Part shown: positions 52,932 to 64,000 of the stretch, piece after piece | How the letters are laid out: every line of letters begins with the position of its first letter | Position numbering within the stretch: position 1 is the first letter of the stretch | Assembly (NCBI GenBank): GCA_951406725.2 | Contig: OX597833.1 | Location: forward strand, 30,504,001-30,568,000 | Source: Octopus vulgaris | Taxonomy: Eukaryota | Length of the DNA stretch: 64,000 nucleotides | Direction of reading: 5' to 3' | Position numbers and translations under genes: made by a program | The notes under the pieces: generated by a model | Told to the model about the DNA's origin: nothing | Seen by the model: the letters and a program-made list of their open reading frames with translations, nothing else | Database searches by the model: none

Positions 52932-53924
52932 AGTAGTGTCCCTTTATCACGCAAAAGTTGATAAAAATTTGAGAATTAAAATTAAATATCGTTTTTTTCT
53001 AATGGATAAAGTTTCACGAAACCTTTATCAATGTATTCCTTCAACATTTCTCTTTCATATTAATATCAATATAATAATTCTTAATCAAAATTTTTGAAAA
53101 TGGTGTGGATTCAAAGCGTCGAAGTCGGGTGTTACTACTCATCAATCAACCACATTGGTCTATGCATTTTGTCTCTTAACTTTTGTTCTACTGCACCAGA
53201 TTTTAAGTATTTTATGTCAAAATGTAGCTTATTCACTAGTAGAACATAATTCAAAAAACTAAATTTGATTTCGATTAAAACTGAATTAGTGAGACTGCTT
53301 GAAGACGCTGACTGCAACATAAAAGCTCTGTTAAGAATATTATTCAACTACAGTAGTAGTTGAATGATATATATATATATATATATTATTAGCACAAAGC
53401 CTTAAGGATGCAGTGAGCATCAACCTACTTAGAAATGAGAGCTCAGGTCTCAATTCAGCCACCAGAAGGCACCAAAATCATAGAAAATAACAGTATGTGA
53501 GGAAATGAACAAAGAATTATAAGCATACGTATAAAGATTATGCTGTTCATATGCTCATACACCATGGTTTTGGGTGCTAGCCTGAGGACCTCAACCTTCT
53601 TCAGAATGAATTACTGGGCATGAAATTCCAGATCTGCCACGTTAATCATCCATTAGTGCTCTGGCTTCTTTTGCACCACAAACCAGCAACGGATGGTACA
53701 AAATATTTATGAGCAAAAAACAATTGAATGTTTGCTCATATATGTGTGTGTGTTTGTGTATATATATAGATTAGAGAAAAACCACCTTTTAACTATTCAA
53801 CAATGAAATAACATTGATATAATTAAATCATACCATATAGAAAAAAATTAAATATATAATAAAACATATAGCAATAATTAAGTAAAGTACAAAATAATAA
53901 ATAAAAAGTATATAATTGGTAAAA

Positions 53925-54007
53925 AGACTACATGTGTTTCGTGGCTATATTTTCAAACTTATAACAGTAAAATCAATTCAATTTAAATATAGTCACTCTT
54001 CAGGTCC
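53925..54007 (-). ncRNA. Type I hammerhead ribozyme in the PLE 3' end
   Basis: GGAC-CUGAAGA-GUGACUAUAUUU[loop]AAAUAUAGCCAC-GAAA-CACAUG-UA-GUCU. Confidence 0.8.
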
Positions 54008-54675
54008 AAGATAAAAACAATAAAATAATGAAGTAAATTGATATACATATATAATCTTGTAAGAACTAGAATAAATAGATATAAATATTTATTCTATCTA
54101 TAAAAATAAATTTTAACTTATATAAGAAACGAATAACAAACTATAATATATCATTACTAGAATATTTAAGACAAAATAAATGTATATATATATATATATA
54201 TAAATTACAAAATATACATTAAGTGAAACTAAAGTACTATAATTTAATCTATATACATTAAGTTAAATTGTTTATTTATTTAATAAACATCTAATTTAAA
54301 TCTTATCCTACTAACAAAAACTTCATGCTATGCTAACTTATATACATAATGCTACTACAAACTATGACTACAAGAATTAAAAATAGAAAATACTTCAAAT
54401 ATAAACACACCTATTAGTTAAACTTACTATATTAATAAATTTATATATAGTATTTATAGATTTAATATTTCACTCATTTATAGAATTAACCAAAATATCA
54501 ATTAATATTAAAAGTATTTACTTAAATGTAATACTATGTAACAAATAAAACTCCTAACTATTAGAGAATATTTTGTCTTACAAAACTATTTCACAAAGTA
54601 AATTATATGTAATACATTAATTCACAATATAATAATAATAAAATAATAATTACATAAATATATGTATCGTAACTA

Positions 54676-56623
54676 GGAAAGGGTCATAGCCCAACTAATT
54701 AGGGAGAGAGTCAGCTTGGATGAGATGCAGTTTGGGTTCGTGCCAGGGAAAAGCACCACTGATGCCATATTTCTGGTTAGACAGCTGCAGGAGAAATACC
54801 TAGCCATAGATAAGCCCTTATACCAGGCTTTCGTTGACATGGAGAAAGCCTTAGACAGGGTCCCCCTATCACTTATCTGGTAGTCAATGAGGAAACTAGG
54901 GAAAGATGAATGGTTAGTGAGAGCTGTGCAAGCCATGTACAGGGACGCTGTAAGTAAGGTGAGGGTTGGTAACAAGTACACTGAAGAATTCCAGGTATAG
55001 GCGGGGTCCACCAATGTTCAGTCCTCATCTCCCTCCTATTTATCATAGTCCTCCAGGCAATAACGGAGGAATTCAAGACAGGATGCCCTTGGGAGCTCCT
55101 CTATGCTGATGACCTTGCCCTAATTGCTGAGTCACTATCAGAACTAGAGGAGAAGTTTCAAGTATGGAAACAAGGATTAGAATTGAAGGGCCTTAGAGTC
55201 CACCTAGCTAAAACCAAAGTCCTAATAAGTAGGAAGGCAGGCAAACCACAAACCCCTTCAGGTAGATGGCCCTGCTCGATCTGTAGAAATGTGTAGGTAG
55301 AAACTCTATAAGATGTACCCAGTGTAAGCTATGGACACATAAGAGGTGCCGTAATATCAAAGGAAGGCTAACTGGGAGGATAGTTTTTGTATGTGGCAGA
55401 TTCTCGGGAGCAATAAATAACACTGAAAATATGCAGAGAACAACTTCCACCACATTCCAGGGAGAAAAACTAGAAGTAGTTGATAGCTTCCGTTACCTAG
55501 GTGACCAAGTCAGTTGTGGGGGAGGGTGCGCTGAATGTGTAGCGGCTTGAATAAGAATATCATGGGGTAAGTTCAGAGAGCTGTTACCTCTGCTGGTGAC
55601 AAAGGGCCTCTCGCTCAGAGTAAAAAGCAGACTGTATGACGCATGTGTACGAACAGCCATGCTACCTGGCAGTGAAACATGGGCCGTGACTGCTGAGGAC
55701 ATGCGTAAGCTCGCAAGGAATGAAGCTAGTATGCTCCACTGGATGTGTAATGTCAGTGTGCATACTCGACAAAGTGTTAGTACATTGAGAGAAATGTTGG
55801 AGCTAAGAAGCATCAGATGTGTTGTGCAAGAGAGACGACTGCACTGGTATGGTCATGTGGTGAGAATGGACGTGGATAGCTGTGTGAAAAAGTGCCACAC
55901 CCTAGCAGTTGAGGGAACCTGAGGAAGAGGTAGACCCAGGAACACCTTGGATGAGGTAGTGAAGCATGACCTTCAAACATTGGGCCTCACTGTGGCAATG
56001 ATTAGTGACTGGGAACTCGAGAAATATGCTGTGCTTCAAGACTCGGTAAGCTCAAGTGAGACCATAACCTCGTTGCCAGTCCACTTATGCATGCCTTTCC
56101 TTCATTGGACACTAAACTCTGCTTGCGAAGACTTGTTGAGGCAAGTGAATCGAAATCGAAATCAAATTTGATAACTGGCACCCGTGCTAGTGGAGTGCTA
56201 AGAGTACCATATGAGTGAGATCGTTGCCAGAGCAATAAGCTGGCTTCCATGCCGATGGCACGTTAAAAACACCATTCGAGCATGATTGTTACCTGCGTTA
56301 CCTTACTAGCACCTGTGCTAGTGGCACGTCAAAAACATTTGAAGCGAGGTCATTGCCAGTGCCGCTGGACTGGCTCTTGTGCAGGTGGTACATAAAAAGC
56401 ACTATCTGAGCATAGCTGTTGCCAGTACCACCTTACTGGCTCTCGTGCCAGTGGCACGTAAAAGCACCCACTACACTCCCGGAGTGGTTGGCGTTAGGAA
56501 GGGCATCCAGCTGTAGAAACCACCAGATCAGATTGGAGTCTGGTGCAGCCATCTGGTTCGCCAGACCTCAGTCAAATCGTAGCATGGAAAGCGGATGTTA
56601 AACGATGATGATGATGATGATGA
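54676..56623 (+). mobile_element. RTE LINE, 5'-truncated
   Basis: QFGFVPGKSTTDAIF...YADDL...(GAT)n tail. Confidence 0.9.
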
Positions 56624-57871
56624 AACAATGTATAAATTAATATTTTAACAATAATATTCAAACACAATTCAGTTCAAAAATTAAATAATATTGTCATATA
56701 AATATGTTACTTATCTTATCGAAGAACATTTTATAACTGAATTTTAAACGTAAAAACGTAGGCCTTAGTGTGTATAAGAAATTAAACTCACAAAGACGTT
56801 GTGTAAAAAGATAGAATAAATTTATTAATGAAAGCGACAAAATATATTTATTAGTGAAAATAACAAAAAATATTTAAGCTTCTAGAATCAAAGAATAAGA
56901 GAACAAAAAACTATAAATGACTATTTACTATAAATTTAAAGTCCAAATAATTATTGCGTAAAATATATTTGAATTAATTTATATTACTATAATTAACAGA
57001 TCTTAATAAATTTATATATTCATTTAATTATAAAAAAATATCCAAGTTTAAACGTATTCAAATATAATAATATAACATATAATATCATGCTAATTTATAC
57101 ACTAACACTACTACATTATATCTACAATAAATAAATAATATAAAATGGTTTTATATATATATGGAAAATTAGCTAAACCTATCATATAAGTAAATTAATT
57201 TATGTTTGCACTTAATTTTATGCTCATCTAGTGAATTATCCGATACATAATTATATATTAAATAATATTTCCTTAAATTCATTATTACAGGATTAACAAG
57301 AATAAAATTTTGCCTTACAAATTTCTCCCAAGTTAATTTATATTTAATACATTTAGATTTAAGTTCCCAAATATATTTACTGAGGCCTGTTGAATTAATT
57401 AGATTTCTGTTCCTAAAAGAATACATGTTAAGCCACTCTTAATTTAATTTTATTCGAAGTTGACCCTATATAGATAGTGTTTAAATTATAATCATTCATA
57501 TTATCATCCATTAAAGTTACCATACATTTATAAACTACATTATCCAAATTACATTTATTATTAAGTTGCATGTAGTCTTATCTCTCCATGTACAATAAAT
57601 TATATCATGGTCTTTATTATTATTTTTAGAATCATTATTTAATTTATTTTTATAGAATTTATTTAATTTAAATTCATTAAATGAAGAAATAATATTACCA
57701 ACATTATTAGTAGTTGAATAACCAACTCCAAAATTATTACTAAAAAAAATGTTATAACATTTTTTATTATCCCTAATGAACATTTCAATTATATTTAAAA
57801 TCTCTTTGATAACAATTGTTTTTACCTGAGCCCCAAAAGGAAAGTTTAACCATATTTTATTCTTATTTTTA

Positions 57872-57927
<56 letters not shown>

Positions 57928-58759
57928 TTTTTGTAATATTATTAAATTTATTATCATCATTAATTGAATCAAATTTTATCTTATTTGTATTTTTATTTTT
58001 TATTCCATTATTAAATGTATGATTTATATTATCATAATACCTATTATTATTAAGACCATAGTTACCTAAATAAAACTTAACATAATTCCGATAATTAGGT
58101 TTATTATTATAAAAATCATTTATATTATAATCCTTTAAATTATAATTATATTTACAAATATTAAAGAATTTAATATTATTATTATATCCTGCCTCATGCA
58201 GGGCTTTCTTATGATAAGGTGCATGTTTATTAAAAATCTCTAAATCATAAGAAAGTAATGATATTCTTTTACCTACGTTATTTATCAGCGATTTTTTAAC
58301 AGAAGGTGGATGATTACTATAAGCATTAATATATCTAAGATTTTCATTATTTTTATGGAATGGTTGGGTTTTACCCATTATTAAATTAAAATTAACATCT
58401 AAATAATTAACATGATAGTTCTCATTAAAAATAGTAATACTTAAACCATATCTTTTAAAGAAATTATAAAGTTTCTTCTTATATAATTCTAATTTTCTAT
58501 TTGTACAATTCTTCGTAAGTAATAATAGGTCATTTTAAATTTTCTAATTGAAGTTCTGATAATAAATAAATACCTACTAATACAGTAGCCTGTGCAGAAT
58601 CTGGTGCCCCCATAGGTATATCAAAAGAGTTCCTAGTATCCTTCCTAGCTTATAATTTATTATTATATCTGATTAACGATTTCCTAGCCATTTTAATAAC
58701 ATTAAGGTCATCAGAAGTCATTCCTATCTTATTCCCTTAGAAATATTAATAACCAGGTT

Positions 58760-59590
58760 ATTGCATCTGAAGTCAATTGCAACAGAATCAAGTTTATGTC
58801 AAGTAACTCTTAAATTAAAAATTCTATATACCAGTGTAAAATTGCTACTGGTAATGAAGTATATTTTTATATAGGAACACATCTTCTCAGTTATCTAAAA
58901 GAATTTCTAATCATTACTCTACATTTAGGGATAGGAATGAATGTAACTGTACTGGGCTTAGTAAATGATTTGGGGTTTAAAAGACCACAATAAATAATTT
59001 AGTTTAGATTGGTTGATTCTCTCAATCTTGATACCTTATGACAAAGGCAAGGAATTCTGTCTTCTCTGTAATTCTGAACTATTTTTTAATTCTTTTTTCT
59101 AAAAATCCCCATGTAAACATGGTTATAGAGCATGTATACTGATGTAAACATTGGCAGAAACACACCTTTAGTTCATATAAGTGATATATACCATTATATA
59201 TTATTTAAACATTAATTTTCTTCTTACATTTCAAATTCACTAGATATATCTTTTTCCAAATCTATATGGTTTTATTTAATATACATATAGTAATATACTT
59301 CTCATTTATTTAGTTTTTCTTTCCTTTATCCCTCCTCTTTCTATGGGCTACCTTTGACGTTATACCCTACAACGTTTTTTCTGAAACAATCTTAATAGTG
59401 TTCAGTTAATTACTATACATATCCATCATTTTCTGTTAAAATGTCTTATTGACGAGTTTCATTTCTTCACTTCCCTGAAGAGAAGATTACATTGTTTTAC
59501 ACAATTTTATTCCTTTGGAATTATACCAGTGATATCTTCGAAATGTGTCAGAAGTAAAAGAACTTGAATAACACCTGCGTTTAACTCCAT
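58760..59590 (+). mobile_element. Penelope-like element 3' fragment (GIY-YIG relic and 3' UTR)
   Basis: IYQCKIATGNEVYFYIG...SKRISNHYSTFRDR...TGLSK; homologue of 4410-5170. Confidence 0.75.
59469..59555 (+). ncRNA. Type I hammerhead motif, CpG-decayed
   Basis: ACUUCC-CUGAAGA-GAAGAU[loop]AUCUUC-GAAA-UGUG-UC-AGAAGU. Confidence 0.72.
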
Positions 59591-59623
59591 ATATGTATAT
59601 ATATATATATGTGTGTGTGTGTG

Positions 59624-59690
<67 letters not shown>

Positions 59691-59771
59691 TATATATGTT
59701 TGTGTGTCTGTGTTTGTCACACACACACCCAACATCACTTGACAACCAATGCTGGTGTGTTTATATCCCCA

Positions 59772-59836
<65 letters not shown>

Positions 59837-59852
59837 TATATATATATATGTG

Positions 59853-60131
59853 TGGAGGCACATGGCCTAGTGGTTAGAGTAGTGGACTCGCGGTCGAGGG
59901 ATCATGGGTTTGATTCTCAGACCGGGCGATGTGTGTGTTTATTAGCAAAACAGCTAAGAGCCACGCAGCTCTGGCAGAAGGTAATGGCGAACTTCTGCTG
60001 ACTCTTTTGCCACAACTTGCATCTTGCAGCTCACCTGTGATGGACCAGCATGCCATCCAGGTGGGGAACCTATATGCCAAGGAAACCGGGAAACTGGCAC
60101 TAATGAGCCAGGCATGGGTCAAGAGGGAACA

Positions 60132-60134
<3 letters not shown>
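59853..60134 (+). mobile_element. Second tRNA-derived SINE family
   Basis: ggaggcacatggcctagtggttaga (A box) ... gggtttgattctc (B box), flanked by (TA)n. Confidence 0.7.
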
Positions 60135-60198
<64 letters not shown>

Positions 60199-60214
60199 TC
60201 TGTGTGTGTGTGTA

Positions 60215-60264
<50 letters not shown>

Positions 60265-60448
60265 GAAGTAAATATATGGCACAACGAAGTACCGATATTT
60301 ACTGGAAATAGCAAACGTAATAATACAACGCCAATGTATAGCTTCACCACGTATGTACTAGCAAAAATGCGTGAGTGCAACAAACTTGAAAAAAATTGTC
60401 TTACCTCCAGGGAGAACATCTGAAAGATGAAATACCTAGAAAAGGATA

Positions 60449-60528
60449 ATGTGGGACCGGAGCCGGTTTCAGATTTTTCAAGATATACCTCCACACATAT
60501 ACTTGATCTATCTTCATCAGCCAAACAT
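60449..60528 (-). ncRNA. Type I hammerhead ribozyme (R2)
   Basis: AUGUUUGG-CUGAUGA-AGAU[ext]AUCU-GAAA-CCGGCUCCGG-UC-CCACAU. Confidence 0.85.
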
Positions 60529-61053
60529 ATACCATGACAACATTTCAGATGTTACCACATTAATGCCAATACACTCGACTGAAAGGCCGAAATGCTAACA
60601 GAACGAGAACGGTGAAGAAGCTTCAATAAAATTAGTAATACAATACGAAAGTATTGCTTTCCAGTAAAGAGTAGCCCGCGAGGGAAAATTATACATAGAA
60701 GTAAATATATGGCACAACGAAGTACCGATATTTACTAGAAATAGCGAACGTAATAATACGACGCTAATGTATAGCTTCACCGCGTATGTACTAGCAAAAA
60801 TGCGTGAGTGCAACAAACTTGAAAAAAATTGTCTTACCTCCATATCGGTACTTCGTTGTGCCATATATTTACTTCTGTGTATAATTTTCCCTCGCGGCTA
60901 CTCTTTACTGGAAAGTAATACTTTCGTATTGCATTACTAATTTTATTGAAGCTTCTTCACCGTTCTCGTTCTGTTAGCGTTTCAGTCGAGTGTATTGGCA
61001 TTAATGTGGTAACATCTGAAATGTTGTCATGGTACATGTTTGGCTGATGGTAC

Positions 61054-61133
61054 ATGTTTGGCTGATGAAGATAGATCAAGTATATGTGTGCAGGCATATC
61101 TTGAAAAATCTGAAACCGGCTCCGGTCCCACAT
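61054..61133 (+). ncRNA. Type I hammerhead ribozyme (R2)
   Basis: CTGATGA at 61062-61068, stem II AGAT/ATCT with UCAAG/CUUGA extension, GAAA at 61112-61115, stem III ACCG-GCTC-CGGT, GUC site at 61125-61127. Confidence 0.88.
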
Positions 61134-61414
61134 TATCCCTTTCTAGGTGTTTCATCTTTCAGATGTTCTCCCTGGAGGTAAGACAATTTTTTTCAAGTTT
61201 GTTGCACTCACGCATTTTTGTTAGTATATACGCGGTGAAGCTATACATTAGCGTTGTATTATTACGTTTGCTATTTCCAGTAAATATCGGTACTTCGTTG
61301 TGCCATATATTTACTTCTATGTATAATTTTCCCTCGCGGGCTACTCTTTACTGGAAAGCAATACTTTCGTATTGCATTACTAATTTTATATATATATATA
61401 TAAATATTCTTATA

Positions 61415-61617
61415 TTTGTTTCAATCATTTGACTGTGGCCATGCTAGAGCACCACCTTTAATTGAACAGATTGACCCCAGGACTTATTCTTTGTTAGCCT
61501 ACTACTTATTCTTTCTTTTGCCAAATTGCTAAGTTATGGGGATATAAACACACCAGCATTGGTTGTCAAGTGATGTTGGGTGTGTGTGTGATTAACACAG
61601 ACACACAAACATATATA

Positions 61618-61620
<3 letters not shown>
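61415..61620 (-). mobile_element. tRNA SINE 3' half
   Basis: Reverse complement of the 26590-26762 tail. Confidence 0.8.
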
Positions 61621-61654
<34 letters not shown>

Positions 61655-61657
<3 letters not shown>

Positions 61658-61826
61658 CATAGGAGTGGCTGTGTGGTAAGTAGCTTGCTTACGAACCACA
61701 TGGTTCTGGGTTCAGTCCCACTGTGTGGCACCTTGGACAAGTGTCATCTACTATAGCCTCGGGCCAACCAAAGCCTTGTGACTGGATTTGGTAGATGGAA
61801 ACTGAAAGAAGCCCATCGTATATATG

Positions 61827-61872
<46 letters not shown>

Positions 61873-61922
61873 AGTGTGTGTGTATGTGTGTGTATATGTT
61901 TGTGTGTCTGTGTTTGTCCCCA
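61655..61922 (+). mobile_element. tRNA SINE 5' half
   Basis: Homologous to 26412-26630. Confidence 0.85.
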
Positions 61923-62220
61923 CAAAACTACTAACTTTTTAGACGTAACTTTATACTTAGAAACCTCCCAATACTTCCCTTGTTACAAACCAATACCTTA
62001 AATTCTTAAACATTCATTCCAGTCACCACACATCCAGTTTTGATAACATAATTGAGGGTATCTCGATCCATATATCTGACCTCTCTTTCACTGAGGAAAT
62101 ATTCAATAACCACGCACCATATTACAACCAAGCGCTTGCTGCCAGCGGCTTCTCCCGACAAATAAAATACATCCCTAATACTAGGCTCAAGCAACGACAC
62201 ACCAACCATCAGAATTACAA
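61922..62220 (+). mobile_element. Penelope-like RT fragment
   Basis: NFLDVTLYL...YKP...HSSH...ISDLSFTEEIFNNHAPYYNQALAASGF. Confidence 0.7.
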
Positions 62221-62261
62221 GAGACACACATAGTATATTAGAACCCCAGGAGAACCTGCGT

Positions 62262-62332
62262 TAAGACAACCCAAACCCTACATACATGGTACACTGCACC
62301 ACATGCATGCATGTAGGGTTTGGGTTGTCTTA
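62262..62332. repeat. Hairpin with 22-bp perfect arms
   Basis: taagacaacccaaaccctacat / atgtagggtttgggttgtctta. Confidence 0.85.
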
Positions 62333-64000
62333 TGCAAGTTTCATATTCAGTTTCAAACGCTGGTAGCGCAGGGCTTGGAATTTTTTGGCATTGACCTGCA
62401 TATTATTATCCTCAGCCCATCTGTAAATTGAGTCCAACTCCTGCAGCAGATGTGCAACATTGCTGGGGTTCTGCATTTTCTGCAAGACTTTCGTATCGTC
62501 TGCATAGCTAGCAAGGGTCGCTATCTGGGCAGTTGAGGGCATATCTGAGAGGGCCACTATGAAAAGCAGTGGTCCCAAAACAGTGCCCTGTGGAACACCG
62601 CTCACTATTTGTGTTTTCATTGAGGTGGCTCCATTGGCCATTATTGCCTAACTTCTATCGTTCAGAAAGTCATGTAACCACTCTCCAAGTTTTACAGCTA
62701 TGCCAAGGTCACACAGTTTGTGGCATATCATACTATGATGCTCTTTGTCAAAAGCTTTTGCAAAATCAAGGTATATTACGTCCACATTTGAGTTGTTGAG
62801 TAACTGCCTCAACACCCAGTCATAATGTTGTAAGAGCTGGGTCAGGCAGCTACTACCTGGTTGAAAGCCATGCTGGCTATCACTCAGCAAGTTATTTTCT
62901 TCAAGGAATGTGATTAGTTTCCCTCTGCCTACCCGTTCCATGACTTTGCTGATGTGTGAAGTCAGAGAGATAGGCCTATAGTTTTTGGCATCTGCTCTAC
63001 TTCCCCCCTTTATGTATTGGGCATATTATTCCTCCCCTTCAGCTTGCTTGGCAGTCTGCCATTTTCAAGAAAGCTCCGGAAGAGAATCTGGAGGGATTTT
63101 GCCAGAGCATGCATACATGATTTGAGGAGGATTGCTGAGAAACCATCTGGACCAGCAGTTGAGTTTGTCTCCACCTATGGCTAGTAGTATATCTTCTTCG
63201 CTAACGTCGATGTATTCCATTGTAACTGCCTTGCTGGTTATAGGTGAGGTGGCAAAGAAATCCACTTGTTCGTTCACTTGTCTGTGATAAAGACACTTTT
63301 GAACTGGTCATTCAGTACCTCACTGATCCTGGTTGGGTTATCTGTGAGAGTGCTATCCTTTTGGAAGAGGGGTTCTATCTTGCAGCGTACTGAGGCTGTT
63401 TCTTTTGCATAATGAAAGAAGGCCTTTGAGCTTGACTTAATGTTTTTTATAACTCAGGCTTCTTTGTCTGCTCTTTTCCTCACATAGGATTGTAGCAAGC
63501 TGTTTTTGATCTCCATCAGTATTGTTTTCAGGTGGGACCTTTTGCTACTTTTGGGATGTTGGTTGAGGTGATTTGCAAACTTCATCCGTTGTCTCATGAG
63601 GATCTTCCTCTCCCTTGGAATCTTGTTCCTATTTGTTGTGGCCTTGTCCTCTGGGACATATTTCTGGCATATGACTTGCATAACAGACATGAAACATTCT
63701 AGTTTCATGTCAATGTCTGGTGTGGAGAGACATTTCGACCAGTCCTGTTTAATGATCTCTTTTTGGATCAATTTCCAGTCTGCTTTGTGGAAGTTTAGAT
63801 TGGAGAGATTTCGGGTGCTTCCTTTAGGCTGTTTGTCTCTGGCTACATTCAGCCCAAACATAGACAGCTCTATTATGTTATGATCCAAGACTAATGATGT
63901 TGATATTGTTCATTAAGCAGAGACCCAAAATGTTATTCGCCGTAGTTGGTCTGAGTACAACTTGCTCCATGAATAGGGCATTGGTGAGGTTGAGCAGGGA
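62333..64000 (-). mobile_element. CR1-group LINE ORF2 fragment, same family as 20517-24460
   Basis: LDHN, KIPRERKILM, QHGFQPG, YLDFAKAFDK, GVPQGTVLGPLLF, YADDTK. Confidence 0.92.

Larger units (their letters stand above)
53770..58740 (-). mobile_element. Degenerate AT-rich Penelope-like element, interrupted by an RTE
   Basis: PMGAPDS, YINAYSNHPPSVKKSLINNV.KRISLLS...AL..AGY, GIY-YIG C-terminal part SFRNRNLINSTGLSKYIWELK; HHR near the 3' end. Confidence 0.8.
60261..61388. mobile_element. Retrozyme-like element R2: 433-nt non-coding monomer, ~1.35 copies (- sense) plus ~1.25 inverted copies (+ sense), in (TA)n
   Basis: catagaagtaaatatatggcac at 60261 and 60694; inversion at 60841/60842; atatcggtac at 60842 and 61284; one HHR per arm. 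Confidence 0.85.

Noticed and set aside
52540-53350. Possible exons near 52540-52633 and ORF 53135-53347
   Set aside because: No similarity to OPLAH or any family I recognise; the first lies inside a TIR element
60577-60598. ctgaaaggccgaaa, resembling the classic HHR stem II
   Set aside because: No CUGANGA upstream, and the mirror copy at ~60975 lacks the ggccgaaa segment

Overview
Repeat-saturated, AT-rich animal genomic DNA. The RTE LINE, tRNA-SINE and (TA)n landscape looks like an octopus/coleoid genome, but that is inference only. The one host coding exon I can support is the first coding exon of 5-oxoprolinase (OPLAH, 24878-25051, +), which the ORF track misses. The rest is mobile DNA: many RTE LINE copies, CR1-group LINEs (one near full length, with a Myb/SANT-like plus CCCH ORF1), a very young CsRn1/Kabuki-clade Ty3/gypsy LTR element inserted in a 76-bp minisatellite, tRNA-SINEs, non-autonomous Helitrons, MITEs and several Penelope-like elements (PLEs). 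The main hidden signal is a set of at least 6 distinct sequence families of Type I hammerhead ribozyme (HHR) motifs, found by eye. Some lie in PLE 3' ends. Others lie in non-coding 535-nt and 433-nt tandem monomers that resemble non-LTR retrozymes, which are predicted to yield circular RNA. These insertions repeatedly share one architecture: a head-to-head fold-back whose outer ends usually run into (TA)n. An 8.4-kb palindrome beside the N-gap is probably an assembly artefact. All calls were made by eye, and boundaries of degenerate repeats are approximate.
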